Of a stretch of 51,195 nucleotides of DNA, positions 28,807 through 42,186 are shown in pieces. Origin of the DNA: Amoebidium appalachense (taxonomy: Eukaryota; Protista; Ichthyosporea). The first letter of the stretch is position 1, and each line of letters begins with the position of its first letter. The notes beneath the pieces are model-generated. The model did not search any database. It worked only from the letters and a program-made list of their open reading frames with translations, and had not been told where the DNA came from. The translations under genes were made by a program, and so were the position numbers. The stretch lies in contig CAVNZM010000030.1 in the NCBI GenBank assembly GCA_963693365.1, forward strand, positions 1-51,195. The letters are read 5' to 3'.

Positions 28807-30520
28807 CATCAGCAAACTTCATCCGGCATCCGAAACCCATTAAAAACCCATTAAAGATATCATAAACCCATAAACCCATCTTTTTGCCACTCTTTATCCC
28901 CCTCTTGTCTTTTAGATAACATAACAGCATCGTTTTGCTATCACGGGTTTTCTGGATATCATTTTGGTATCTTTTGCTAGATATCAAAATGATCTCATAA
29001 TGGGCTCATACGGAGCACCCTGAACCCATCGTTGTTCTATCCTGTGTTCCATGTATTCAACAACCTCGTTATATCCGTATGATACCATTATGATAGTCTA
29101 TTTGATATCATAAAATCTTTTTAGTCTGATGTTCAGAAGCGTTTTAGACATAATAAAGATATCTCTAATAGCGGATTAGGAGCCCTTCCCCATATCCTTA
29201 TGGTAGCTATCACATATCCTTACGATATATATGATAATCGATCATAAGATACATATATATCTATATGATATCATTTCGAGGTCATTATAGGAGGTTTCGT
29301 ATATGGTAATACATCTATAAGATACTATTACAGATGTCCTTTTCATATACAACGGATAGGTATAGGATGCCGAAAACATTATCTAAAGATCATACGTTAA
29401 ATGTCATAACGATATAAGCCTCATAACATAAAGATAACTAGGATGGGTCAAAAGAAATTTCGTAATAATATCGTTTTGATAGTTTTAGGAGCCTTTAAAG
29501 ATATGAGAAGTTCTGGCTGTATGTCCTCTACACGACATCTTTCTAGTATCTGTTACATATCGTTAAAACATATAGTAGTTTATCAGCTAACCATTCCTTA
29601 TGATATTAGTAGCATATCGTTAACATAACTCTGTCACATCTTTTTGACATACAGCACATATATCAAAACGATAAATTTAAGGTATAATTAAGATTTATTA
29701 AGAATGATTTTCGCAATATAGTTATATTATCCTTTTCATATCATTATGTTATGTCTTGATATATATGATTGAGCCATTTTCAAAGTTGATATCATCCAGA
29801 CGTCGTTTCCGATCACTGTTTGATGTCGTTTTGCCCCCCCCCCCCCGCCCCTCACCCCTTTCGAACCTGCCTGTCACGTGGTCATATGTCGTCGAGCCGC
29901 TGATTACAGATCCATTTTCTGCAGACACGTCCCACTGGAACGTGTCAACTATAACTCATCTATTATCTTTTACGTAGGGTTATGTCCCACTGGGGCGTGT
30001 CTGTCACTTCAAATATTTTCTAAGACAAATATTTTCTAAGACAAATATTTTTAAAGACATGTCCTCGGGACATGTCTTCACACAATTTATTCGAACTACG
30101 AAAACACACAAAATAAATACACAGACACACACAAAATAATAATAATAATAATAAAAATAATAAAAAGCTCTGTTACTTTTTCTCTTCGCACACACACACA
30201 CAAAAAAAAAGAAAAAAAGAAAAAAAAAGAAAAGTCACTCTTTTGTGTGTGTGTGTGTGTGGGGGGGGGGGGGAAGGAGTATAAAAGAGCAGCAACGAAC
30301 ATAAACAAAACTCAAAACAAGCAAACTATTATGCGGGTTTCTAAGAAGCTCCCAACATCATTAAACTAAACACATGCTAATCCCTTGACAGAAGAGTAAC
30401 AAGGTGTGTGTGTATGGGTATGAGGCCCAAAAAAAAAAAAAAGGACGCCCAACATGACAATATAAGGGGGGCACTCTTACACCAAACCATACCATACCAA
30501 ATGCCGGCAGAGTAATTAAC

Positions 30521-30761
30521 AGGACAAAGAGCCGGTACCCACCTATGGGTGCTAAACATGCACATGATCATTCATGTGCTATAAGAGCAACACAGAAACG
30601 AAACACGGAAACAACAGCAGCCATAGGACAAAGAACCAGACCCACAGGGTCTTGCCTCCATACTTTATTTACCTTAACAGGACAAAGAGCCGGTACCCAC
30701 CTATGAAACGAAAAACGGAAACAACAGCAGCCATAGGACAAAGAGCCGGTACCCACCTCTA
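30521..30761 (-). repeat. Second, inverted copy of the 346-523 repeat family
   Basis: Three GGACAAAGAGCCGGTACCCACCT units plus the shared GAAACAACAGCAGCCATAGG flanks. Confidence 0.75.
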
Positions 30762-30995
30762 GATGATAACGTAGCCTTATAGCTGCTGATGACTTCATGG
30801 GCCAACCTTGCCAAAACCTGTAAAGGAACTCGAGCTAAGAATTAGCTCATCCTACTTGCGAGAAGTGGGGGGAGGGGGGGGGGGGGGGGGGGGGGGACTG
30901 AGGGGGCTGACTGAGAGTGGCAAAAAAAGAGTCGACAGAACCAACCTTAAACATAGTAAGGACGGAAACCCGGACCAGAACTTATGAAGTCTAGA

Positions 30996-31759
30996 GAAGC
31001 AGAAAATAGCTTGAACGATCGGTGGAGGGGATGATAGCTATAGTGCTAACAGCAAAAGTAGTGCCCACAGTCGCTGGTTCATGAACGTGAAAGGCAACGT
31101 GCATCTGCAGCCAGCAGACACACGCACACGCACGCACGCACACACACATACACACACACACACACAGACACAGACACAGACCAGACAGACAAACGCCATA
31201 TGCACAAAAGCAGGCAACACAAAACTAACCTTCAAGAAGAAGCTGCAGCATGCAGCATGGTCCAAAACAATCAGCACGGTGGCTGCGCGATCTGCGGAGG
31301 GGATCTGTGACCAGGCGCTGCGGGAAGGGAACTGCGACCAGGCGACCTGCGGGAAGGGACCTGCGACCAGGCGACCTGCGGGAAAGGACCTGCGGACCTG
31401 CGGGAAGGGGGAAGAGAAATGGAGAAAACAACGTGCGTACAGGCTTAAATGGAGAAAAAAATTGCAAACCGGATTGGGATTTAGCCAATCACTATTCGCC
31501 GCGCCTGATTAGGAAAAAGATAAAAATAGATTTCGGCTCGCGCGCGCGCGTGCATCAGCTTGGTGCCCTTAGCGCTACCCTTAGTGCCCTTAGTCACAAC
31601 TATCAGACTATAGTTACGTGTCCTCCACTTCTTTGTTCTTGACCATTTTTTCGGCATGAAAGGGTTTCTGTTACTTCTTGCTGTCCTTCTTAGCGTGCTT
31701 GCTTGTCTTTTTTTCAACATGGGTGTCACTGGCGCTTTCGACTTCTTTGAAATCACACA

Positions 31760-31790
<31 letters not shown>

Positions 31791-32479
31791 GCACGCGCGC
31801 ACGCACACACACTCACACATGCACACTGCACACACACACACACACACACACACAGGCGCGCACACACAGGCACGCACACACACACAGGCGCACACCTACA
31901 CAACACACACAGCACATGCACACACAAGCGCACACACGCACACACCCTGTTATCCCTGATCATGATGCCCCCTCCCCCCTCCCTCTTCCCCCCCGCGCAC
32001 CCCCCCCCCCCCCCCCCCCCCCCCCCCACCCACCCCACCCACCCACCTACAAAGACGAAAACATTGTACATGTATTGCATACACAAATATACTCGCACAT
32101 ATACATACACACATTCACTTTAATCTTTCAGGCTACATGTGCAATATACATTAATTATGCACAGTCGATAGAATTCGTTGTGAACCCCCCCCCCCCCCCC
32201 CCCCCCCCCCTCCTCGTTCCCCCCATATGCAATGGGGATAATATTGTTTCCCGCTATTAATTAAAAAATCACCGTTCTAACTTCTTAAGACCGAACCACT
32301 TGTAACACCGACAGTTTCGGTTGTGTGGAACCCCCCCCCCCCCCTCCCCCCCCCCCCCCCCCCCCCAACCCACCCACCACCTTACCAATATTGAGGTGTA
32401 CACTGCCCCCACATCCCCAACTGTGTGCTGAATATCCCGTGCTAGGAAACCAATAACGTGAAAGTAACACATGCCGCAT
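30996..32479 (+). repeat. Satellite-leader unit copy 2 (uninterrupted)
   Basis: Matches 27871-28806 joined to 38591-38855, and runs directly into the satellite array. Confidence 0.8.
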
Positions 32480-34392
32480 GTGGGTAGTTATTGAAAAAAC
32501 CAATAATGTCTAGGTAACATACCGTATGATGTACATATACTATGCTACAAAGGGGGTTCTATACGAGCTACAACGTTGTGTTTTTTTCGTGTGACCCTCG
32601 TACTCCAGGGGCACATTCACCATCCCCCCCATAAACTTTGTGGTAAAGTTCTCGTGCTAGAAGCTGTTCTGTGGGTAGTTATTGAAAAAACGAATAATGT
32701 CTAGGTAACACATGTACATATGCTATGCTACAAGGGGGGTTCTATTCGAGCTACAATGTTGTGTTTTTTTCGTGTGACCCTCGTACTCCAGGGGCACATT
32801 CACCATCCACCCCATAAACGTTGTGGTAAATCTCTCGTCCTAGAGGCTGTTCTGTGGGTAGTTATTGAAAAACCAATAATGTCTAGGTAACATATATATG
32901 TACATATACTATGCTACAAGGGGGGGTTCTATACGAGCTACAACGTTGTGTTTTTTTCGTGTGACCCTCGTACTCCAGGGGCACATTCACCATCCCCCCC
33001 ATAAACGTTGTGGTAAAGCTCTCGTGCTAGAAGCTGTTCTGTGGGTAGTTATTGAAAAAACCAATAATGTCTAGGTAACATACTATGTACATATACTATG
33101 CTACAAGGGGGGTTCTATACGAGCTACAACGTTGTGCTTTTTTCGTGTGACCCTCGTACTCCAGGGGCACATTCACCATCCCCCCCATACACGTTGTGGT
33201 AAAGCTCTCGTGCTAGAAGCTGTTCTGTGGGTAGTTATTGAAAAAACGAATAATGTCTAGGTAACACATGTACTTATACTATGCTACAAGGGGGGTTCTA
33301 TTCGAGCTACAATGTTGTGTTTTTTTCGTGTGACCCTCGTACTCCAGGGGCACATTCACCATCCACCCCATAAACTTTGTGGTAAATCTCTCGTGCTAGA
33401 GGCTGTTCTGTGGGTAGCTATTGAAAAACCAATAATGTCTAGGTAACATATGTACATATACTATGCTACAAGGGGGGTTCTATACGAGCTACAACGTTGT
33501 GTTTTCTTCGTGTGACCCTCGTACTCCAGGGGCACATTCACCATCCCCCCCATAAACGTTGTGGTAAAGCTCTCGTGCTAGAAGCTGTTCTGTGGGTAGT
33601 TATTGAAAAAACCAATAATGTCTAGGTAACATACTATGTACATATACTATGCTACAAGGGGGGTTCTATACGAGCTACAACGTTGTGTTTTTTTCGTGTG
33701 ACCCTTGTACTCCAGGGGCACATTCAACATCCCCCCCATACACGTTGTGGTAAATGTCTCGTGCTAGAAGCTGTTCTGTGGGTAGTTATTGAAACAACCA
33801 ATAATGTCTAGGTAACACATGGACATATACTATGCTACAAGGGGGGTCTATTCGAGCTACAACATTGTGTTTTTTTCGTGTGACCCTCGTACTCCAGGGG
33901 CACATTCACCATCTCCCCCATAAACTTTGTGGTAAATGTCTCGTGCTAGAAGCTGTTCTGTGGGTAGTTATTGAAAAAACCAATAATGTCTAGGTAACAT
34001 ACTATGTACATATACTATGCTACAAGGGGGGTTCTATACGAGCTACAACGTTGTGTTTTTTTCGTGTGACCCTCGTACTCCAGGGGCACATTCACCATCC
34101 CCCCCATAAACTTTGTGGTAAAGCTCTCGTGCTAGAAGCTGTTCTGTGGGTAGTTATTGAAAAAACGAATAATGTCTAGGTAACACATGTACTTATACTA
34201 TGCTACAAGGGGGGTTCTATTCGAGCTACAAGGTTGTGTTTTTTTCGTGTGACCCTCGTACTCCAGGGGCACATTTACCATCCCCCCCATAAACGTTGTG
34301 GTAAATTTCTCGTGCTAGAGGCTGTTCTGTGGGTAGTTATTGAAAAACCAATAATGTCTAGGTAACATATGTACATATACTATGCTACAAGG
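32480..34392 (+). repeat. Tandem satellite, ~184-bp monomer, ~10 copies
   Basis: GTGGGTAG(T/C)TATTG recurs at 32480, 32671, 32854, 33041, 33227, 33410, 33592, 33778, 33960, 34146 and 34329 (spacing 182-191 bp). Confidence 0.97.
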
Positions 34393-34503
34393 TGCTACAA
34401 GGGAGGAGATATTTTATGAACGGGAGAGTGAGCCGAGAATGTGTAGATAAAGAACAGAGGAATATCGAGGCAACCGTGGTGTACCCTGTCTTTATGTGAA
34501 CAC

Positions 34504-34535
<32 letters not shown>

Positions 34536-34602
34536 CTCGCGCGTTCGTGTCTACCGATGTACGTGCACACGGGCATGTGTTTGGGTGTGTGTATGTACGT
34601 GT

Positions 34603-34660
<58 letters not shown>

Positions 34661-34684
34661 AGGTGCGCATGGTAACGTGTGTGT

Positions 34685-34770
<86 letters not shown>

Positions 34771-34803
34771 CAACGTGCCTGTGTGTGTGTGTGTGTGTGT
34801 GGC

Positions 34804-34834
<31 letters not shown>

Positions 34835-36934
34835 AGGGCAACGTGTCTGTCTGTGTGTGTGTATCTCTCTCTGTGTGTGTGTGTTTGTGTGTGTGTGTGT
34901 GGCAGCGTGCGTGTCTCGCTGTGTGTGTGTGTGTGTGTGTGTGTCATGATTGACGACATAGGTTCAGAAGAAGAGTGTGTATCACTACGTTGCAGTTTTC
35001 ACATACTTTGTAGTTCACGCGCGCGGAGGCATAATGTTAACGTGCGTTACCGGTTATAGAAAGCACAAGCGTAACTAGCGTTTTATATCATAAATAGTCA
35101 TAAAATGGTAACGTTCATTATAACTACGATGCATGAGAATAGAATGATATCAACAATACATACATTAGATATCGTACGGATATCTTGCGATATATCATCT
35201 GGTGTCCGGAGAATGTGCACGTGCCTGTGATGTGCACCCGCCCTAATGCAGTAAGGTATTGTTTTCAGGCGCTAATAAACCTTCAAAGGTGGTAACATCC
35301 TCGGAACACACAAAATATAAAATTGCAATAAATAACCATTTTCCTGCTTCGATGCTCGAAATTGGTACTATGTAGTTACTAGATTGCTCTATTTTGCCTA
35401 GTGTTTAGTGTTTCGGACGTTCGCAATTTACACTCTGCCACATGGCACTTGCCAAATGGGGTAATTTAGTTTTATTTGCGGCCGTTGTGGTTGCGTGTTT
35501 ATCTAACAAATATCATTATGAGATGTTTATGACCCCTGTGGGATATAAATTAAAAAAAAAAAACCCCTGTGGGATATGTACAAGATCAGACCATAGAAGA
35601 TCAGGTCGTTGCGATGTCGTAAAGATGGCAGAAACATATCTTCATTAGATGTATGCGATAATCTCAATTAAACATGAAACGTGATTGGCTGATCACAGTT
35701 GGGTGACCCTGAGCATGCCGTTTTGAAGAATAACAACCAATCAAAATCGGGTTTGCCATTTTGTGATTTTCGTCCCACAATCGAACGGAAAAGTGATTTC
35801 CTGGCCCTATATAAATGGCCATGCCACCATCACATTCAGATGGCCGCAATGAGCCCCGCAATGCCCCGTGTGAGTAATTGGCGGGTTTCCCAACGATTGC
35901 TCAGCTGGCTTGATCACAAAAATTTTCTTTGCGCGTATATCGCAACCATTCTCATCGGACATCTAATAGACATCTAAAGGATTTTTCGATTGTTCTTCTG
36001 ATATCTTTCTAATATCCACAATGCTGCCGTTTAGATATCACATTGATGTACTTACAAAAGACACTGACCTTCTACTGCACGGATGTTCTTCTGATATCTT
36101 TCTAATATCCACAATACTGCCGCTTAGATATCACTGGGATGGCAAGCTTATGTATCATATACTAATGAATTCGATATATAAATATATCCCTATGCGGATA
36201 TCGCAATGATAATCTAAGGGCCTCTAAAAGATATGTAGATGATACCTCGTGGACTACTGCTCTGGACAGATTAGGATATTCAAATGATAGGTTACAGCAT
36301 ATCACATTGATGTACATAGCGACATCTTACCGATATCAATCACACAACTCACTAGTCTTTATTTAGATATATCAGGTACATATCCTTACGACGTGTACAA
36401 AGATATGAATTAGATATCGTAGCTTGGGCCTGCAAAGAGGCAGTTGTGATATGTTTGAGATGTAGGACCAAAAACAGATAACATATTGAATATAAAAGGG
36501 ATATCAAAAAGGGGTTTACGCTGTTTACTCGAGGCAAAGAGAACCAGTCTCAGGTATGGGGGGGGGGTTTGCTCGGAATATCCCCTCAGCGGTATTCATG
36601 ATCACGTACATAGATGTCGGGTGGTGACTATATATCAGGATAAAAAGAAAGGGACAAATTCGCTCCTCGGGACTTTTTGTGTGTGTGTTTGTTTTGGGGA
36701 GAAGAGAGGGAGGGTGGAAAGGAGAGTGAGGCTCGCTCAAGGTGCCATAAGCGTTAGTTTCTTGATCCAAGCGGCGAGTAAACCATATCACATGCGGGAA
36801 GAAAAGCGAATAAATTAATCTAATGAAGGATGGAGGGGTGTGTCTTTAAAAATATTAGCCGAGAAGAAAGCTAACCGCTTACGAGCCAACTCTACCCTCT
36901 TTTCGACCATATGGGAAACATAACACCAACAGAA

Positions 36935-37540
36935 TCACGGAACACCAAGATATTTTATTCTGGAACTATAGGTACAGGTTTAGATGATAATTAAATTGTG
37001 TAAATTGTTGCTATATCAGGTACAAGAACACCACATTTGTCTATGTTAAGGATCATAAGGTTTGCCTTGCACCACTCTGACACTACATCGAACAATCTTT
37101 GCAGGCGTCTAGGGGTACGGGCAAGGAGGGACAGATCATCAGCATAGAGAAGTGAGGCGGAAAGTTATTAATAGGGTCATCGTTTTCGGCGTAAATCTTG
37201 ACAGCCAAATCATCTATAAATAGGTTAAACAAAAAGGGGCTAAGCAATGAACCCTGCAAGAGACCTCTAGTACGAGCAAAACCATATGAAAGATGCCCAT
37301 TAACCACAGCTCTACCATAGGTTTGAGACAAGAGTGCTTCTAACAGAACACCAATGCAGTGTGGTACACCCCGTGCAGCAAGCTTTTCCCATAGGAGACC
37401 AGGGGAGACAGAATCGTAAGCAGTTTTCCAATCAATAAAGCCAACATATTGTGCACCAACTTGCATAGAATCGTGCAGTGCCATTATTTGAACATAACAT
37501 GAATTGTTTTTACGAAAAGCGGATTGGCATGGGTGTATGT
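36935..37540 (-). pseudogene. Non-LTR (LINE) reverse transcriptase fragment
   Basis: QSAFRKNNS, FIDWKTAYDSV and GLLQGSLLSPFLFNLFIDDL, then a frameshift to LYADDLSL...NIDKCGVL, and a stop codon before KYLGV. Confidence 0.9.
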
Positions 37541-37583
37541 GAAGAATAGATTGAAAATGAAGAATAGATTGAAAAAAAGAACA

Positions 37584-37643
37584 GGGGAGTTCCGGGAATT
37601 GAACCCGGGACCTCTCGTACCCCAAACGAGAATCATACCACTA
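37584..37643 (-). tRNA. 5'-truncated tRNA-Pro pseudogene (anticodon GGG)
   Basis: TAGTGGTATGATTCTCGT-TTGGGGT-ACGAGAGGTCCCGGGTTCAATTCCCGGAACTCCCC closely follows the eukaryotic tRNA-Pro body. The anticodon stem and T-arm are intact, the 5' acceptor strand is missing, and a T-run lies downstream. Confidence 0.8.
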
Positions 37644-38590
37644 TCAAAAAGAATATCAAAAGGATACCCACAATGCTGCCGTTTTAGACAGAGCGGGATA
37701 TTCAAATGATAAGTTACAGCATATCACATTGATGTACATAGGGGCATCTTACACATACCAATCACATATATCACAAGTCTTTATTTAGATATATTTGGTA
37801 CATATCCTTACGACCTGTACAATGATATGAATTAGATATCATATCTTGGGCCTGTGGACAAAGGGATATCCGAAAGGATATCAAAAGGATGTCTTCAACA
37901 TGCCTACTGGTTGTGTACAAGGGTATCTTCTGGATTACCCCCATGGGCGCATAACGATATCAAAAAAATGGTTGTAGGTACATCACAACGATGTCCAGAC
38001 GATATCAAAACAACATCTGTATTATATTCAATTTATAAGCATACATGTTATCCATCAGATATCACGTGGATATCAATTTGTATTGTCCCACGACATCAGG
38101 TAGATATCGTCATGTAATGCGTATTGGATGGGATTAAGATATTCTATAATGAGGGATATCTGTAGGCTATAACAAAGACATCTAACAGATATCGTTTGGG
38201 GCACCAATATCCTAAACGTATGTGAAACATATCCAAAAGAGCTATTATGACCTTGCTAACATACATATCACTAGGATAGCATATGGATATCATAATGCTA
38301 TGAGGAAATTTTGAGATTTTCGGTCAAAAACCAAAACCATCGTGGTTTTCTATGATATCGTAAGGATATCGTAAGGATATCAGCAAAGGATGGGTTTCGG
38401 ATATGCGCCATACCATAACCAATCCGAACCCTATCAAAGATATCATTGATAGGGATCTGATGGGTTCTATCCGGGAATTCTATGATATCTTGTCAGGCTC
38501 TTTTTGACGTATTTAGGGTGGGGTTTGGTATGCCATATATCAAAATGATATATAAGATGGGTTTCGGATGCCGGATGAAGTTTGCTGATG

Positions 38591-38855
38591 CATATGCAAT
38601 GGGGATAATATTGTTTCCCGCTATTAATAAAAAAAACCACTGTTCTAACTTCCTAAGACCGAACCACTTGTAACACCGACAGTTTCGGTTGTGTGGAACC
38701 CCCCCCCCCCCCCCCCCCCCCCCCCCAACCCCCCCCCCCAACCCACCCACCACCACCTTACCAATATTGAGGTGTACACTGCCCCCACATCCCCAACTGT
38801 GTGCTGAATATCCCGTGCTAGGAAACCAATAACGTGAAAGTAACACATGCCGCAT
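38591..38855 (+). repeat. Satellite-leader unit copy 1, 3' part
   Basis: Near-identical to 32224-32479. Confidence 0.85.
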
Positions 38856-39274
38856 GTGGGTAGTTATTGAAAAAACCAATAATGTCTAGGTAACATACTA
38901 TGTACATATACTATGCTACGAAGGGGGTTCTATACGAGCTACAACGTTGTGTTTTTTTCGTGTGACCCTCGTACTCCAGGGGCACATTCACCATCCCCCC
39001 CATAAACTTTGTGGTAAAGTTCTCGTGCTAGAAGCTGTTCTGTGGGTAGTTATTGAAAAAACGAATAATGTCTAGGTAACACATGTACATATGCTATGCT
39101 ACAAGGGGGGTTCTATTCGAGCTACAATGTTGTGTTTTTTTTGTGTGACCCTCGTACTCCAGGGGCACATTCACCATCCCCCCCATAAACATTGTGGCAA
39201 ATCTCTCGTGCTAGAGGCTGTTCTGTGGGTAGTTATTGAAAAACCAATAATGTCTAGGTAACGTATGTACATAT
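38856..39274 (+). repeat. ~184-bp satellite, ~2.3 copies, interrupted by the LTR element
   Basis: Same monomer as 32480-34392. Resumes in register at 47763. Confidence 0.95.
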
Positions 39275-39884
39275 TGTAAACATCTGTACACGCCGTACAT
39301 GTTTACTATTACGAATATACTGTACATATCATAGTGATCACGTAGATATTGTGTACATATGATCAGATCAATATCACACGCGACAGCCGCGGGCTGCGGC
39401 TCACGACTGAGCCGCGGCGCCGGCAATATGCAGTGGCCGTGCAGTCAGTATGAACCAATAGAATTCGAGAACCGCTAGGATAGGAATGCAAGTCTCATCC
39501 ACTACGGAGGCGACATCTATAGCTAAACGAACGGAACCAATAAGGAAATCAGACCCAGTTGCATAAACCTAAACGGGCTTAAGTATTGACCAATCATTTG
39601 CCACAAAGTTATCCTTTTAGTTAGCTTCATGTTATTGGTGCACTGTGTGCACATAAAGACGACCGCACTCTTCTGACTGGTCAGAAGTCACGAAGGCATC
39701 AATGCCACCCATCCAGATGATCCGGAACCTGGGGGCTATATAAACAAGCCGTCCCAGTACGGGGGATCACTCTGAACGAGCACATTAAATAGTAACCTGG
39801 CCGCGTGTGCCTTACTACCCGTTCTCTGTCTTTATTCTGATTCAGTTGTTCTCTGCCTTATCCCAACTAGTTCAACTGTTTACA
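39275..39884 (+). repeat. 5' LTR
   Basis: 610 bp with TG...CA ends and 8-bp terminal inverted repeats. TATATAAA at ~39737. No differences from the 3' LTR seen by eye. Confidence 0.97.
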
Positions 39885-39885
39885 T

Positions 39886-39899
39886 TGGCGACCGCGCAG
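39886..39899 (+). promoter_or_regulatory. Primer binding site
   Basis: TGGCGACCGCGCAG, 1 nt after the LTR, is complementary to a tRNA 3' end ...CGCGGTCGCCA. It is not the usual initiator-Met PBS; the tRNA identity is undetermined. Confidence 0.7.
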
Positions 39900-39936
39900 T
39901 TCCAGAATCTCACATCTTTCAAGAATCTCTTCAACC

Positions 39937-42186
39937 ATGGCGGGCGAATTTGACGACTACCCTGTACTCTCGGACAATGAAAGCAAACTGACACGTGACA
40001 CCAAGAAGCCTACCGCAGTCAAACCGCCGCCCCCAACGCAGAAGAAAGCCAAGACTCCGGGGCAGGGCACGAAAACACTCCCCACCCCTCCCCCTACACA
40101 GCCTCGTGCTCCCCAGAAACCGAACACGATCACAAAACCCAACACACACACGAACACAAAGGCAACTACGAAGCCCACTGGCAACGAACAAACGAAGCCC
40201 AACGAAAGCACGAAACCCAAAGACAAAACGAAGCGCAACGAACACACGAAAACCAACGAACATACGAACACCAACGAACACACGAACACCAACAAACACA
40301 CGAACGAACTTCAAGTAGCAACGAAGGAAAAAACGAAACAAGACCGGGACACTGCCACAGCTCTGGCAGAGGTGCGGGGCCGTGTTCTCTCCAAGTTCTA
40401 TCGTGTTGAAACTCTGAGACGTGCCATTCAAACTGCAATCGATGCTGGGCGGCCTGTGATGGACCTCGAAGCTGATGTCGCGCAGATTTACAGTGAGATT
40501 TCGCAGATGGAAGACACCACACTGTCTAGAATGTTGTGCACGTCCGCGAAATGGTCTGAGTTGGAGCGGGAAGCACAGTTGGTGGCTGAGGCACGTGTGA
40601 AAAATACGACGGTGCCCACCACCCCCCGTCCTCCCCCACCCACCACAGGCAAGAAGCCTTTGTCCCCGGTCCCATCTGGGTGCACTGATCCCAAGGTAAT
40701 TGCACCTCCCGCACCCCCCACTAAATTTACATATAAGGATGTGCTTGCGCGCACACTCAGCTACACTGATTCTGATGCTGAAAATGAAGAAAAACACGAA
40801 CAAAGTTACGAAGACACACCCACAAACGAAAACGAACACATGACTGCGAAAGTGCATGAAGAAGATCACTTCGACCAGCCTAAAGCACCCGTATTTAACG
40901 AAATCCCCCTTGCAGGATCCCCTCTGGCGTCTGCAGGTGGACTGGCAGGCACGCCAAGTCGCCCGAGAGGCTCTGATGTCAGCACAGGCTCAGGAGGTAA
41001 GGCTGGGTCTATATTGAACAAGCACTTTGCAGAGCACGAAAAACTGTGGTTGCACCCTCTCCGCCAGTTGCATGCATCCGAATACGGCCCCATCTTGGCT
41101 GCATTGAAACTACCAGAATACAAGGGTGACTTGCAGGATAAATGCACGGTGATTGAATGGCTGCACGAATTTTCCCAGCAGATGTTTTGCATTGCAGGGG
41201 TCCCCCCCACACTTGCTGTTCGCTGGGCGGTGCAGTGCTTTCCTCTTGCTTCCCCCGCCCGTGTGTGGTACACGAATTTTACCAGGACACAGGGAGAACT
41301 CACGTTTGATGCATTTGCACATGCACTAGTTACGAAATTTCACGACCAGCGTGTGCAAGAGGCACTAACAGACAATGGGAGAAAATGTAAAGTTTACATT
41401 TTGGGTCGGTTCGTATGGTCCTCCAGCGGACTATGAGAGTCCGCCTGGACTCTGAGAGTCCTGTCTTTTTTAACCTTCTACACGCACGTGCAGCCCCCGT
41501 TCGGGAAATTTCATGAAAAATCTTGCTTTGTCAATATTCTTATGCCGGTAAAACACCCCTGTTGTGACGTCACAACCAAAAATGTAAACTTTATAATTTC
41601 TCCCATTGTCTGTTGCACTCAGTGCCGAATTAAATGCACTCAAACAAGGCAAGCAAAAGGTGGCCGAATTTGCAAGCAGGCATGCGCGTTTGTGGGCACG
41701 TGTGTACCCCCTTAAGTCTGAGGCACACCAAATTTTGGATTTGTCTCACCGATTGGGTGGGGAAGACGAACAAGAATTTCGCAAATATCAACTCAAACAC
41801 GAAAAGAAGAAGAATTGACCCTGTCTGGAGTTGTTGCCTATCTCGCAGAAAAAGAAAGAGACAGGCACACACGAACCCCATCCACCATTCTAACACAGAA
41901 ACCCCCCACAAAACAGCAACCCGGTGGTGGATCTGGTGCCAGCGAGAAGCCGTCTATTTTTTCGCGCATGGGCACCACCCCCTGCAACCGTGGGTGCAAG
42001 TACGGCAGCCACGCCGAAGGCAAGACGTGCCCGGCCCTCAAATTCGAATGCCACTCCTGCAAGCAGAAGGGGCACTTTGGGGGGTCACCAATTTGCCCCA
42101 AGTACGACCCCAACTTTAAGAAGGGAACCCGCAAGGCAGAGATTGAGGCTAATCGGGCCAAGTTCAAGAGAGCACGTGTAGAATAG
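39937..42186 (+). pseudogene. gag: gag, disrupted by a MITE (41367-41614) and a frameshift near 41815
   Basis: Capsid-like LPEYKGD...WL...ARVWY...F..KF. Removing the MITE and one TSD copy restores QEALSAELNALKQG. C-terminal zinc knuckle CHSCKQKGHFGGSPIC. Confidence 0.85.
41367..41614. mobile_element. 248-bp MITE inserted in gag
   Basis: 36-bp TIRs with 2 mismatches (AACAGACAATGGGAGAAA...) and a 5-bp TSD GCACT (41362-41366 and 41615-41619). Confidence 0.92.

Larger units (their letters stand above)
28807..38590. mobile_element. 9.8-kb non-autonomous TIR element, EnSpm/CACTA-like, with nested and captured sequence
   Basis: Perfect 34-bp TIRs CATCAGCAAACTTCATCCGGCATCCGAAACCCAT at 28807-28840 and 38557-38590, with a CA duplication. 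The empty site is visible in the paralogous unit at ~32222 (cccc|catatgcaatgg). The AT-rich arms are full of GATATC-like motifs. No transposase ORF is present. Confidence 0.75.

Noticed and set aside
31656-32123. Signal-peptide-like ORF MKGFLLLLAVLL...
   Set aside because: It runs straight into microsatellite and is not conserved in the paralogous leader copy.
37584-37643. Functional tRNA gene
   Set aside because: The 5' acceptor strand and start of the D-arm are missing.
39931-40869. Antisense ORFs over gag and pol
   Set aside because: They are shadows of the repetitive Thr/Lys/Asn-rich sense frame and contain no recognisable motifs.
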